The notes: a model not told the origin generated them from the letters alone. 64,000 nucleotides of DNA from Sedimentisphaerales bacterium (GCA_963663805.2 CAXXMR010000031.1:21716-85715); one strand, 5' to 3'; positions 21,529 to 30,907 are shown, numbered from the stretch's first letter. Translations and numbers: made by a program.

Positions 21529-23020
21529 ACGACTCTTCTTTCATCGCTTTCTGGAGAATTTTAAACCAACGCCGGTACGCTTCTTGACAGGGTGCGGTTT
21601 TGCTGCTATCGGGGTGGATGATTCTGGTGGTTTTCAGACCGGCGAATGCCTGTTGGGGGCAACTGTATATTCCGACGCCGATGCCGGCACCGCGGGCGGC
21701 GCCCTGGGCACCATCAGTGTTGTATAGTTCTACGGTGGCACCGGTGAGGGTGGCGAAGGTTGAGGCGAAGACGGGGCTGAGGAACATGTTGGCGTCGCCG
21801 GCTTTTACGGTTTTGATTCTTATACCGATTTGCTTCATAACTGAGAGGCCGTAGTTGAGGGCGAAGACGATTCCTTCCTGACCGGCGCGGAGGATGTGGC
21901 GGCGGTCGTGGATATTGAAATTGAGGCCGTGGAATGAGGCGCCGATTTCGAGGTTTTCGAGAGAACGTTCGGCACCGTTGCCGTAGGGTAGAATCGAAAG
22001 TCCTTCTGAGCCGACAGGAACCTGAGCAGCTAGCTCGTTCATCTGGGAATAGTCAATGTCGGCAGCGATGGTACGCTTGAGGAAGCTGTTCAGGCAGCCG
22101 GTGCCGTTGACGCAGAGCAATACGCCGTAGCGGGGATTTGCGGGGGTGTGGTTGACGTGTACGAAGGTGTTGACGCGTGATTTGGGGTCGTAGTTGGGCT
22201 GGTCGTTCAGGCCGTAGATGACACCTGAGGTGCCGGCGGTGGCGGCGATTTCGCCGGGTTCCAGCACGTTAAGTGACAGGGCGTTGTTGGGCTGGTCTCC
22301 GGCGCGGTAAGCAACGGGTATGCCGGGGGTTAGGCCGAGCTGGGAAGCGGCCGGGGTGGTCAGTTCGGCCTGGGTCGAGAAAACGGGGACGGTTTCGGGC
22401 AGGATTTCAGCGGGGATGCCATAATAGTCGAGCAGCATTTGAGCCGGGGACTGAGTCTGGAAGTTCCAGAGTATTCCTTCGCTGAGCCCTGATGAGGTAG
22501 TCTGGCAGCGACCGGTGAGCTTAAGGGCGATGAAGTCGCCGGGCAGGAGCATTTTGTAGATGCGTTTGAAGTTGTCCGGTTCGTTATCTTTAATCCATTT
22601 GAGCTTTGAGGCAGTGAAGTTTCCAGGTGAGTTGAGCAGATTTTTGAGGCATTTTTCGGGGCCGATTTCGTTGAAGGCGCGGTTGCCGATTTCGACGCAG
22701 CGGCTGTCGCACCAGATGATGGCGGGCCGGATGGGGTTCAGGTTTTTATCGACGGTGACGCAGCCGTGCATCTGGTAGGCGATGCCGAGGGCTTTTACGT
22801 CTTTGAGGTCGATGCCGAGTGTATGGCTGATTTGTTGGGTCGCAGCGATGACGTGCTGCCACCAGTTTTCGGGGTCTTGTTCAGCCCAGCCGGGTTGGGG
22901 TGAGCTGATGGGCATTTCGGTTTGGGGACTGGTGGCCGAAGCAATCACTTTACCGGTCTGGGCGTCAAGCAGAGTGGCTTTGATGGATGAAGTGCCCAAG
23001 TCGTAGCCGAGCAGGTACAT
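21527..23020 (-). CDS. xylB: Xylulokinase (FGGY carbohydrate kinase)
   Basis: LGYDLGTSSIKA, AEQDPE.WW, YQMHG, IIWCDSR, AGDQPNNA, GTSGV. Confidence 0.85.
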   Translation of the reverse strand: MYLLGYDLGTSSIKATLLDAQTGKVIASATSPQTEMPISSPQPGWAEQDPENWWQHVIAATQQISHTLGIDLKDVKALGIAYQMHGCVTVDKNLNPIRPAIIWCDSRCVEIGNRAFNEIGPEKCLKNLLNSPGNFTASKLKWIKDNEPDNFKRIYKMLLPGDFIALKLTGRCQTTSSGLSEGILWNFQTQSPAQMLLDYYGIPAEILPETVPVFSTQAELTTPAASQLGLTPGIPVAYRAGDQPNNALSLNVLEPGEIAATAGTSGVIYGLNDQPNYDPKSRVNTFVHVNHTPANPRYGVLLCVNGTGCLNSFLKRTIAADIDYSQMNELAAQVPVGSEGLSILPYGNGAERSLENLEIGASFHGLNFNIHDRRHILRAGQEGIVFALNYGLSVMKQIGIRIKTVKAGDANMFLSPVFASTFATLTGATVELYNTDGAQGAARGAGIGVGIYSCPQQAFAGLKTTRIIHPDSSKTAPCQEAYRRWFKILQKAMKEES

Positions 23021-23022
23021 TA

Positions 23023-23508
23023 CTATTCCTTCCAGAATCTGATTTTGCAGGCTTTTTGTTTCTGGCAGATGCCGTCGATTATTTCAACTTTGATGTCAGA
23101 GCCGAACTCGCGGGCCCAGCTTTGATATTCGCCGGGGCAGACTTTGGCACCGACTTTGGCTGACAGGTCGGTGCGGTCGGATTTTATCATTAGTTCGTGC
23201 CAGGGGCATTTTTTTATTTCTATGGTGAAGACGTTGGGACTGTCTTCGGTAATTTCAAAATTGAAGTCGTCGATAGTGAGTTTGGTAGTGAGTGCGGTTT
23301 TGAGGTTGTCGAGGCCAAGTTGGAGGTTGAGCAGTTCGCGGATTTTGCGGGCCTGAATTTTTGGTAATACGGCCCATACCTGAGCATCGAGGTCGAGAGC
23401 GGTATCGAAGCCGAAACGTGATTCTGCCATCATGAACCATAGCCCATCGACGGCTGCGTAGCTGCGGTGCAGGTATTCGATAATCTGTTTTTCGGCAAGT
23501 TTATTCAT
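23023..23508 (-). CDS. Hypothetical protein, DUF6125-like, Cys-containing
   Basis: AVDGLWF..E.RFG...AL, CPW, terminal C....C...F pattern. Confidence 0.55.
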   Translation of the reverse strand: MNKLAEKQIIEYLHRSYAAVDGLWFMMAESRFGFDTALDLDAQVWAVLPKIQARKIRELLNLQLGLDNLKTALTTKLTIDDFNFEITEDSPNVFTIEIKKCPWHELMIKSDRTDLSAKVGAKVCPGEYQSWAREFGSDIKVEIIDGICQKQKACKIRFWKE

Positions 23509-23539
23509 GGTTAGTTCTCGTTTGAAGGTATTATATCGT

Positions 23540-24100
23540 TCATTGGGGTAGTGATGTCAAAGAGGATTTGGGGTAAAAAGAGATTTGACCCTTTTTTTTA
23601 AAATTTCGGAAGGATAAATACAATTTTAATATCCATATCCCCATAGCCAGCAGATAGAACAACATCAGGGCGAAAAACCACTCCGTACTGAATCGCGGTT
23701 CAGTTGCCGCTGAAGACTCAAAACCCAGATGGAAAATCCCCACAATCAAACCCAAAGTCAGGTAGCCCACCTGGTAGGTTTTGCTTTTGATATTAGCAAG
23801 GGTTTCGGTGCGGCGCTGAGGTGCGAGCCAGTATTCTTTGTTGGGTATATTAATCATATTGTCAGAAAAAAACTTGATGCTTTGGGGCAATGCGAAACAA
23901 AACAATGATACTAAAACTAAAGTGGAGAGGTAAATTCCACCCGTAACCCACATATATTTATTTTTTGTCATCCAGTCGTCAGGCTGACCATTAAAGCCAA
24001 AATGCGAAGGGGTCGGGTCAGGCAACTTTGGTCCGTAGTAGGCAAACTGACCTGCTATAAGCAGAATCAGAAAGGTCCAGATTATAAAATGCAATTTCAA
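23540..24100 (-). CDS. DUF1648-family membrane protein
   Basis: LPD..PSHFGFNGQPDDW, INIPNKEYWL, four TM segments; TTG start. Confidence 0.75.
   Translation of the reverse strand: MKLHFIIWTFLILLIAGQFAYYGPKLPDPTPSHFGFNGQPDDWMTKNKYMWVTGGIYLSTLVLVSLFCFALPQSIKFFSDNMINIPNKEYWLAPQRRTETLANIKSKTYQVGYLTLGLIVGIFHLGFESSAATEPRFSTEWFFALMLFYLLAMGIWILKLYLSFRNFKKKGQISFYPKSSLTSLPQ
23574..23599 (+). repeat. REP-like palindrome, copy 2, inside the 3' end of the DUF1648 gene
   Basis: taaaaagagatttgaccctttttttt. Confidence 0.75.
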
Positions 24101-24114
24101 CGCTTAATCCTCAG

Positions 24115-24140
24115 AGAAAAGAGGTCAAATCTCTTTTTTT
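24115..24140 (-). repeat. REP-like palindrome, copy 3 (inverted)
   Basis: agaaaagaggtcaaatctcttttttt. Confidence 0.75.
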
Positions 24141-24219
24141 GGTCTGCCCCGTTTATTTATGGTTGATTGCAGATTTCCATGGTTGGTAATTATAGGCATG
24201 ATAGATTTGGAGGCAAGAG

Positions 24220-24243
24220 TAAAAAGAGATTTGCCCCCTTTTT
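24220..24243 (+). repeat. REP-like palindrome, copy 4
   Basis: taaaaagagatttgcccccttttt. Confidence 0.7.
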
Positions 24244-24244
24244 C

Positions 24245-24273
24245 TTGACGATGGGGAGGGTGGGGGTTAAGAT
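24245..24273 (+). promoter_or_regulatory. Sigma70-type promoter for the TPP riboswitch leader
   Basis: TTGACG, 17-bp spacer, TAAGAT, ending 8 nt before the aptamer. Confidence 0.65.
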
Positions 24274-24281
24274 GTATCTGA

Positions 24282-24367
24282 ACCACTAGGGGTGCCCAGT
24301 GGGCTGAGATTTGACACCCTTAGAACCTGATCAGCCGGCTTTGTTGCTGGCTGCGTAGGGAAGTGGT
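24282..24367 (+). ncRNA. TPP riboswitch aptamer
   Basis: P1 accact/agtggt; aggggtgc...gctgaga...acccttagaacctgatc...tgcgtagggaa matches the THI-box consensus. Confidence 0.92.
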
Positions 24368-24445
24368 CGATACCTGTCTTTTTGGTATAACCACTTTTTG
24401 ATAATAAAGTTAGAGCGGTCACTGGATTGTGGCGGAAGGATTTTG

Positions 24446-25618
24446 ATGAACCGGCGGATATATTTCGACAATGCGGCGACGAGTTTTCCCAAACCGGAAT
24501 CAGTGTATAAAACGATGGACCATTACGCCCGAGAGGTGGGTGCTTCGGCGGGACGGGGTGCTTATCGTGAAGCGATGGAGTCGGGCGAGATAATCGCTCA
24601 GTGCCGAGGCAGGATAGCCAAACTGATAAACGCGCCGGATGTGAATTCGATAATCATGACATTTAACTGCACCGACGGTCTGGCTCTGGCGATAAAGGGG
24701 ACACTTATTAAGCCGGGCCAGCATGTGGTGACGACGCGGATGGATCATAATTCCGTGCTGCGGCCTTTGTACGCGTTGAGTGAGCAGATGGGAATTGAAG
24801 TCAGCTATGTGCGGGCCGATAGTGAAGGCCTGGTAGATGTCGATGATTTGCGGCGGGCGGTTAAGAGTAATACCGCTCTGATAGCCTGCGTGCATGGCAG
24901 TAATGTCTGCGGGAGTTTGCAGGATATTAAGACGATCGGCCAGTTCGCGCGGGATTTGGAAATTCCCTATCTGGTAGATGCGGCTCAGTCGGTGGGGCAT
25001 GTGCCTTTTGATGTTTCGCAGCTGCATGTGGATATGCTGGCGTTTCCGGGCCATAAGGCACTTTTGGGGCCTTTGGGCACCGGCGTGCTTTACATTCGCA
25101 AAGGGTTCGAGATGCAGTTACGGCCTTTGAAAGAAGGAGGGACGGGAAGTAAGAGTGAGGAGGCTCGTCAACCTGATTTTATGCCGGACCGATTTGAGGC
25201 CGGCAGTCATAACGCCTTGGGGATCGCCGGGCTAAATGAGGGGGTAAAGTATCTGCTGGATAAGGGGGTGGCAAATCTGGCCCGGCATGAGCGGCGATTG
25301 TCCGAATTGTTCCGGGACGGCACCAAAGGTATTGAGGCATTGACGGTTTATGGACCCAAGAATCTGGATAAGCGGGTGGGCGTTTTTAGTGTGCGGGTCG
25401 ATGGCTATGAACCAGCGGAACTGGCGGCGGTATTGGAGCATCAGTTTGGCTTGCTGACTCGGCCGGGTTTGCATTGTGCTCCTTTTGCTCATGATTCAAT
25501 CGGCACTCTGGATATGGGCGGGACAACACGGTTTAGTTTTGGGCCGTTTCTTACCGAAGATGACGTGGTTTACGCGACAGAATGCCTGCGGCAGATAGCG
25601 GCGACCCGACCGAGGTGA
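24446..25618 (+). CDS. Cysteine desulfurase-family (class V PLP) enzyme
   Basis: YFDNAATS, HNS, DAAQS, PGHK PLP lysine, RPGLHCA catalytic Cys motif; RBS ggaagg. Confidence 0.9.
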   Translation: MNRRIYFDNAATSFPKPESVYKTMDHYAREVGASAGRGAYREAMESGEIIAQCRGRIAKLINAPDVNSIIMTFNCTDGLALAIKGTLIKPGQHVVTTRMDHNSVLRPLYALSEQMGIEVSYVRADSEGLVDVDDLRRAVKSNTALIACVHGSNVCGSLQDIKTIGQFARDLEIPYLVDAAQSVGHVPFDVSQLHVDMLAFPGHKALLGPLGTGVLYIRKGFEMQLRPLKEGGTGSKSEEARQPDFMPDRFEAGSHNALGIAGLNEGVKYLLDKGVANLARHERRLSELFRDGTKGIEALTVYGPKNLDKRVGVFSVRVDGYEPAELAAVLEHQFGLLTRPGLHCAPFAHDSIGTLDMGGTTRFSFGPFLTEDDVVYATECLRQIAATRPR

Positions 25619-25845
25619 CTATCTCGCCCATAAATAGCCGGAGTGTATCGCACAAACAAATTGATTTACCTGCGGGTGGTCGATGTAACTTGCTTGCTGT
25701 TAGGGTGTTATTGACGCTTGCGGGGTTTTGATGACGGGGTGGGTCAAACTGCTAATCATATTTTAGGGTGATTTTCCTGTGGGGATGGATTAGACTGAGA
25801 AAGAATTAGGCAATAAATATAGGTAATTATGCAGGTGATTCAGTC

Positions 25846-26409
25846 ATGAAGTGGTTTGGTTTTATAAAACAGTTTCTCAAGTCTCCGCGTATGGTCGGGG
25901 CGATTGCTCCGAGTGGGCCACATCTGGCCAATAGGGTTCTGGAAGGTATCGACTTTGAGCGGTGCAATTTCATTCTGGAATATGGGCCGGGGACGGGTGC
26001 TTTTACGGACCGGATAGTGGCACGTAAGCGGCCGGAAACTCTGCTGATGGTGATTGAGTATAATTATGATTTTTATAAAAAGCTGAAGGAGCGTTACGCC
26101 GGGGCGGAGAATGTTCGGCTGATTCACGGCAGTGCCGTCGATGTGCATGACCATTTGAAAGAGCATGAGATAGAGAAAGTCGATTGCGTGGTATCGGGGC
26201 TGCCGTTTGCGAGCTTTCCGAAAGAATTGAGCCAGAAGATATTCGCTCACACACGGGACATTCTGGAGCCTTCGGGAGTTTTCATCGCTTTTCAATACAG
26301 CAAGTGCAAGATGGGGCTTTTCCGGCAGTATTTTTCGCAGATTGGTATTCGGCGGGTAATGTTGAATTTACCGCCGGCTTATGTACTGGTTTGCTCTTGC
26401 GGGTATTAG
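25846..26409 (+). CDS. Class I SAM methyltransferase, phospholipid N-methyltransferase-like
   Basis: VGAIAPS, LEYGPGTGAFT, VVSGLPF, FQY. Confidence 0.8.
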   Translation: MKWFGFIKQFLKSPRMVGAIAPSGPHLANRVLEGIDFERCNFILEYGPGTGAFTDRIVARKRPETLLMVIEYNYDFYKKLKERYAGAENVRLIHGSAVDVHDHLKEHEIEKVDCVVSGLPFASFPKELSQKIFAHTRDILEPSGVFIAFQYSKCKMGLFRQYFSQIGIRRVMLNLPPAYVLVCSCGY

Positions 26410-26459
26410 AGCATTTGTAACCATTCACCGTCTTTTTCCTTAATCAAAAAAAACTGCCA

Positions 26460-26504
26460 AAGGCAGGCACCTCGCCGCGTCACTCTTGCCTGTTGCCTTA
26501 TCCC
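26460..26504 (+). repeat. About 45-bp degenerate direct repeat, copy 1
   Basis: aaggcaggcacctcgccgcgtcactcttgcctgttgccttatccc; similar to 28011-28056. Confidence 0.7.
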
Positions 26505-26737
26505 GTGTCCGGTACATTTTTTAATACAATGCTCTTTAACAATAAGGTTAATCAGCCGCTGGCAATCAGATTGATATATCTGAATCAGAAATCAGGTGCG
26601 TATCGCACAGATATATCGGAAGGAAGACATGAGGCACCAGGCAACAGAATCGGCTTCATTATGACAGCTTTCACCAGCGAAAAAAGAACAACAACTAAAC
26701 AATAACCCCACCCCAAAAACCTTTTTTTTAGAAAAAA

Positions 26738-26783
26738 TAGACAAACTCTACGTAATTCGATATATTAATGAACAAGTTGTTCA
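26738..26783 (+). promoter_or_regulatory. Sigma70-type promoter with adjacent palindromic operator
   Basis: TAGACA-17-TATATT, then TGAACAA-G-TTGTTCA at 26769-26783. Confidence 0.6.
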
Positions 26784-26815
26784 AGAAGTGTAATGATGTT
26801 GTAGCGAGATAAATA

Positions 26816-27955
26816 ATGGATTCACGCACCAGAATGAAAACCTCTCTGGAACTAAAGGTTCCCGACCGCCCCCCCTTGGCCTTTTACGCGATAGACTCCG
26901 ACACCGCCTCAAAAGTACTAGGCCGACCCACCTACTGGCGGGCCAAAGCAAAATGCCAGATCGCCTACTGGGAGGGACGACGCGACGAAGTCGCCCAAAG
27001 CCTCAAAGTCGATGCCGTAGAACTTTACAAAAAATTAGACATCATTGATGCTATCGGCGTTGGCTGCGTCTTTGCCGGACAGGTCCCGCCCAAAAGCTTC
27101 ACACCGGACCCACCCCAAAAAATCGACGACAGCACCTGGGAAGATAAACAGGGACGAATCTACAAATATTCGCCCATCACCCAGGACATCACCATAACCT
27201 TCGACCCCCAGACCTGGACTCGCTCCCACAAACTACAGGACGAACTCTGGGACGGAAATCTACCCCCAATTGACGAATCACGCTTCGAAGTGGTCGACAC
27301 TATCATCGAAGCCCTCGGCAAAGACAAATTCATCTTCGGCACTCAGGGCAACGTCCCCGAATGGCTCATGCTCGGCGGAATGGAACGCGGACTCATGGAA
27401 ACCGCCGACCGACCCGAAGAAATCCGCCAAATCTTCGAAAGCCTCGTAGACCGCGCCATCGCCGAAGACGACACCTACATCAGAACCGGCCAGGACGGAG
27501 TAATACTCGGAACAGACCTCGCCAGCACCAAAGGCCCCATGATAAGCCCAAAAATGTACCGCGAAGTGTTCCTCAACGGCGTCAAAAGACGCATAGCAAA
27601 CCTCAGAAACAAAAATCAATTCGTCATCAAGCACGCCTGTGGAAACAATCAGGAACTACTGGACATCTTCGCCGAAATGAACTTCCATTGCTACCAGTCC
27701 GTCCAGAAAACCGCCGGAATGGACCTGTTCGAAGTACAAAAACAATACGGCCAAAAATTCGCACTCTGGGGAGGAGTCAGCGTCGAAAACCTCATGAACG
27801 GAACCCCCGAACAGGTCCGAGCCGAGGTCAGAGAATTCATGCAAAAAGCCGCACCCCAAGGCGGAGTAATAATGGGTACCAGCCACTCCGTAGCAGTCGG
27901 TACCAAATACGAAAACTTTATGGCCCTGCTAGACGAATACAGCAAATACACATAA
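26816..27955 (+). CDS. Uroporphyrinogen decarboxylase/MtaA-family protein
   Basis: PDRPP, GTDLAS..GPMISP, KHACGN, LWGGV, GTPEQVRAEV, GG.IMGTSHS...ENF. Confidence 0.85.
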   Translation: MDSRTRMKTSLELKVPDRPPLAFYAIDSDTASKVLGRPTYWRAKAKCQIAYWEGRRDEVAQSLKVDAVELYKKLDIIDAIGVGCVFAGQVPPKSFTPDPPQKIDDSTWEDKQGRIYKYSPITQDITITFDPQTWTRSHKLQDELWDGNLPPIDESRFEVVDTIIEALGKDKFIFGTQGNVPEWLMLGGMERGLMETADRPEEIRQIFESLVDRAIAEDDTYIRTGQDGVILGTDLASTKGPMISPKMYREVFLNGVKRRIANLRNKNQFVIKHACGNNQELLDIFAEMNFHCYQSVQKTAGMDLFEVQKQYGQKFALWGGVSVENLMNGTPEQVRAEVREFMQKAAPQGGVIMGTSHSVAVGTKYENFMALLDEYSKYT

Positions 27956-28010
27956 GGTCAATTTAAGGTGTCCACCCCCAAACCGCCGAACAATAAAAAC
28001 AACCCAACCG

Positions 28011-28056
28011 AAGGTCGGCACCTCGCTGTTGTCCCTGTTGCCTATTGCCTCATCCC
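28011..28056 (+). repeat. About 45-bp degenerate direct repeat, copy 2
   Basis: aaggtcggcacctcgctgttgtccctgttgcctattgcctcatccc. Confidence 0.7.
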
Positions 28057-28086
28057 TAATGCCTTTGTTTCCGATTCCTGACATCT

Positions 28087-29094
28087 TCAGCCCAAGGCTG
28101 AACCAGTACAGTAAAATTCAGCGGCGGTTTCGGGGGTTACGGTGTTGATGAAAATACCGGTAGCTAATTCGAAGCCGCCCATGGTACTCAGGCGGGGGTA
28201 AATCTGGAGATACAGGCGAAAGCCTTCGGTGTTGGTGTCGGTGGCCGGGGCGGTGCGGAAGGCGAGGTTGTAATCGGCATCGCCTAATTCCTGGTCGAGG
28301 GGTTTTAATACCTGCTGGAGCAGTTGAGCAAGCTCCACGCGGTGGATGTCGTAAAGCTGGCTGAGGTGAGCGATCTCGTCGTGGCAGATGATATTTACCT
28401 CAAAGGGCACCATTGAAGCGTAGGGGCACAGGGCGGTGAAGCGGCTGGTCGAGGCGATGATTCGTTTCTGGGTTTTGTGTTCGATGTCGAGGAGTTTGGC
28501 GAAAGGGCTTTGGCGGTGTTTGGCGTGGTATTGGGCACAATATTTCATCTGGTCCCGTGTACGGGGCGGGGTCATGCTCAAGGTGATGAACTGGAAGTGG
28601 GGATGGACCAGTGACGCGCCGGAGGTAGCACCGTGATTGTAGAATACGGCGATTTGGTGGGTCTGGGGGTTGCTTTCGTGGAGCTGGTAGCGGCAGCAGA
28701 GGGTCTTAAGTACAAGCTGGGCATGTTCGCTGGAATGGCGGGCGAAGTGGTGGCTGTGGCGGGGTGATTCGATGATGACTTCGTGAGTGCCCAGGCCGGG
28801 CAGGGAGTCGAAGGGTGTTTCAGTTAAGGTCTGAGGTTCGGGCGACAGGGCCGGGAATTTATTGGGGACGACTCGGCACTGCCAACCGGGTCTGTCGGGC
28901 TGGATGTCGCTGGGCCGGACGGCGTAGACTTCGGGCGGGGTACATTGTTCGTGGCCGACGCAGAAGGGACACTTGGAGTCGAATTCCTCGATAGGATGAT
29001 TCTGCTGATGCACAAAATCGTGGGGACGCTTGCCGCGTTCCGAAGCGATGATTACCCACTGGTCGGTTAATATGTTGTGGCGGTATTCTGACAT
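28087..29094 (-). CDS. galT: Galactose-1-phosphate uridylyltransferase
   Basis: WVIIASERGKRP, CPFC, VVPNKFPAL, HEVIIES, GASLVHPHFQ, GGFELATG. Confidence 0.9.
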   Translation of the reverse strand: MSEYRHNILTDQWVIIASERGKRPHDFVHQQNHPIEEFDSKCPFCVGHEQCTPPEVYAVRPSDIQPDRPGWQCRVVPNKFPALSPEPQTLTETPFDSLPGLGTHEVIIESPRHSHHFARHSSEHAQLVLKTLCCRYQLHESNPQTHQIAVFYNHGATSGASLVHPHFQFITLSMTPPRTRDQMKYCAQYHAKHRQSPFAKLLDIEHKTQKRIIASTSRFTALCPYASMVPFEVNIICHDEIAHLSQLYDIHRVELAQLLQQVLKPLDQELGDADYNLAFRTAPATDTNTEGFRLYLQIYPRLSTMGGFELATGIFINTVTPETAAEFYCTGSALG

Positions 29095-29291
29095 GAAAAT
29101 CCTCTAAACGATGACCAAAAACATGATTTATATCGCCAAAAAGCCCAAAAAGCGTGTTTTTTTCGACAAAAACTCAAAAAATCACCAAAAATCGGTCACT
29201 TCAGGCAAATTCGCGCCGAATAAAACCCTTGTTTTTTAGTAGACCTGACAGGTGATTTGCGTTTGGAATGGAGTACGGCTACAATGGGTTA

Positions 29292-30170
29292 ATGGAACAA
29301 AATAAAGAAGAATCGGTTCGGCGCCTACCGGAATGGCTCAAGCGGCCAGTGCCGCAAGGTAAGGTATTTGAACAGGTTACGGCTATTTTGGATGATCTGG
29401 CTCTGGCGACGGTTTGTTCCAGTGCGGCCTGTCCGAATCTGGGTGAGTGTTTTTCGTGCGGGACGGCGACTTTTATGATAATGGGGAGTGTTTGTACTCG
29501 TAATTGCCGTTTTTGTGCGGTTGAGCATGGTCAGGCAGGGCCTTTGAGTGAGGATGAGCCAACTCGGTTGGCTGAGGCGGTGGAGCGGCTGAAGCTTCGG
29601 CATGTGGTGATAACCTCGGTGACGCGAGATGACCTGGCTGATGGTGGTGCGGAGCATTTCGCTCGGACTATCCGGGCGGTGCATGAGCGGACGCCGGAGG
29701 TGGGAGTTGAGGTTCTTACGCCGGATTTTGGGGGGGACAGGGGTTGTATCGATGTGGTTTGCGGGGCGGGGCCTGAAGTGTTTAATCATAATATAGAGAC
29801 GACACGGCGGCTGACGCCGGAGATACGCAGCGGGGCGGATTATGAATGTTCTTTAGGGGTATTGCGTTACGCGGCGGATAGAACTGGTGGCCCGGCGGTC
29901 AAGAGCGGTTTTATGCTGGGGCTGGGCGAGCGTGAGGATGAGATTGATGAGATGTTGGCGGATTTACGCGGGGCGAAGGTGGCGATGCTGACGGTTGGTC
30001 AGTATTTGCGGCCGGGCAAGGATAATCGTGAGGTGGCGAAATATTATACGCCGGATGAGTTCGCGGCGATCGGTGAGCGGGCGAAAAAGATGGGGTTTGA
30101 GCATGTGGCGGCGGGGCCTTTTGTGCGGAGCAGCTATCACGCGGCAGAAAGCATGAAGGAACGAAAATGA
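29292..30170 (+). CDS. lipA: Lipoyl synthase
   Basis: CSSAACPNLGEC, CTRNCRFC, TSVTRDDL, NHNIET, VRSSY; start could be 29268. Confidence 0.95.
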   Translation: MEQNKEESVRRLPEWLKRPVPQGKVFEQVTAILDDLALATVCSSAACPNLGECFSCGTATFMIMGSVCTRNCRFCAVEHGQAGPLSEDEPTRLAEAVERLKLRHVVITSVTRDDLADGGAEHFARTIRAVHERTPEVGVEVLTPDFGGDRGCIDVVCGAGPEVFNHNIETTRRLTPEIRSGADYECSLGVLRYAADRTGGPAVKSGFMLGLGEREDEIDEMLADLRGAKVAMLTVGQYLRPGKDNREVAKYYTPDEFAAIGERAKKMGFEHVAAGPFVRSSYHAAESMKERK

Positions 30171-30907
30171 AGGATGGGATTTTACGTTTGATAGTTGATG
30201 AGCCTTGTGCGGGGGCGGTAAATATGGCTGTCGATGAGGCTATATTGCAGGCGGTTAATGATGGGGGTTCGGAAGCGACGCTACGGTTTTATCGGTGGGC
30301 TGAGCCTACTATTTCGCTGGGGTATTTTCAGAAGGTGGAAGAATTCGAGGCCCAGAGTGATGATATAAAGCATATGCCTATGGTGCGGCGGCAGACCGGG
30401 GGCGGGGCAATTCTGCACGATAAGGAGCTGACGTATTCGCTGATTTTACCGCTGGAAGGATGTGGGGTTACGGATATTGAGGCTGTTTATAAACTGGTAC
30501 ATGACGCTTATATCGCTGGGCTTTGCGGGCAAGGGGTGGCGGCGGTTTATCGGGGCGGCGAGGATAGAGGCAATAGTCAGCGGGGGCCTTTTTTCTGTTT
30601 TGCGCGGGGGCATCGTCTGGATTTGGTGGTGGGGGCCGCTAAGATTGTGGGCAGTGCGCAGCGGCGGGTTAAGAAGGCGGTATTGCAGCATGGTTCGCTG
30701 ATTCTGGGTAATGATTTTGGGGAGCATCCGTGTGCGACGGCTGGGGCGGAATTTGATGTGGGACGTTTTGTCGAAGAGGCCGCAGTGACGATTGGGCAGG
30801 GATTAAAGCTGGAAGTGCGGCAGGGCGTGTTAAGCGAGCGGGAGAAAAATGGAGCTGATGAGCTGCTGGTTAAATATGAAGGGGATGAATGGAACCGGCA
30901 ACGCTAA
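30167..30907 (+). CDS. Lipoate-protein ligase family / octanoyltransferase (LipM-like)
   Basis: NMAVDEA, LRFYRW..PTISLGYFQ, RRQTGGGAILH, KIVGSAQRR, LQHGSL; overlaps the lipA stop. Confidence 0.85.
   Translation: MKDGILRLIVDEPCAGAVNMAVDEAILQAVNDGGSEATLRFYRWAEPTISLGYFQKVEEFEAQSDDIKHMPMVRRQTGGGAILHDKELTYSLILPLEGCGVTDIEAVYKLVHDAYIAGLCGQGVAAVYRGGEDRGNSQRGPFFCFARGHRLDLVVGAAKIVGSAQRRVKKAVLQHGSLILGNDFGEHPCATAGAEFDVGRFVEEAAVTIGQGLKLEVRQGVLSEREKNGADELLVKYEGDEWNRQR

Noticed and set aside
24306..24315. GAGATTTGAC in the TPP aptamer matches the REP-like core
   Set aside because: GAGA belongs to the conserved UGAGA motif and the A/T arms are absent; likely coincidence
26406..26430. ttagagcatttgtaacc resembling an IS end
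   Set aside because: No partner inverted repeat, TSD or transposase fragment found
26770..26782. Possible LexA box
   Set aside because: Spacing is GAAC-N5-GTTC rather than N4, and the gene has no SOS link
27361..27966. 201-aa Arg-rich ORF
   Set aside because: Alternative frame of the UROD-family gene, open because of its C/A codon bias
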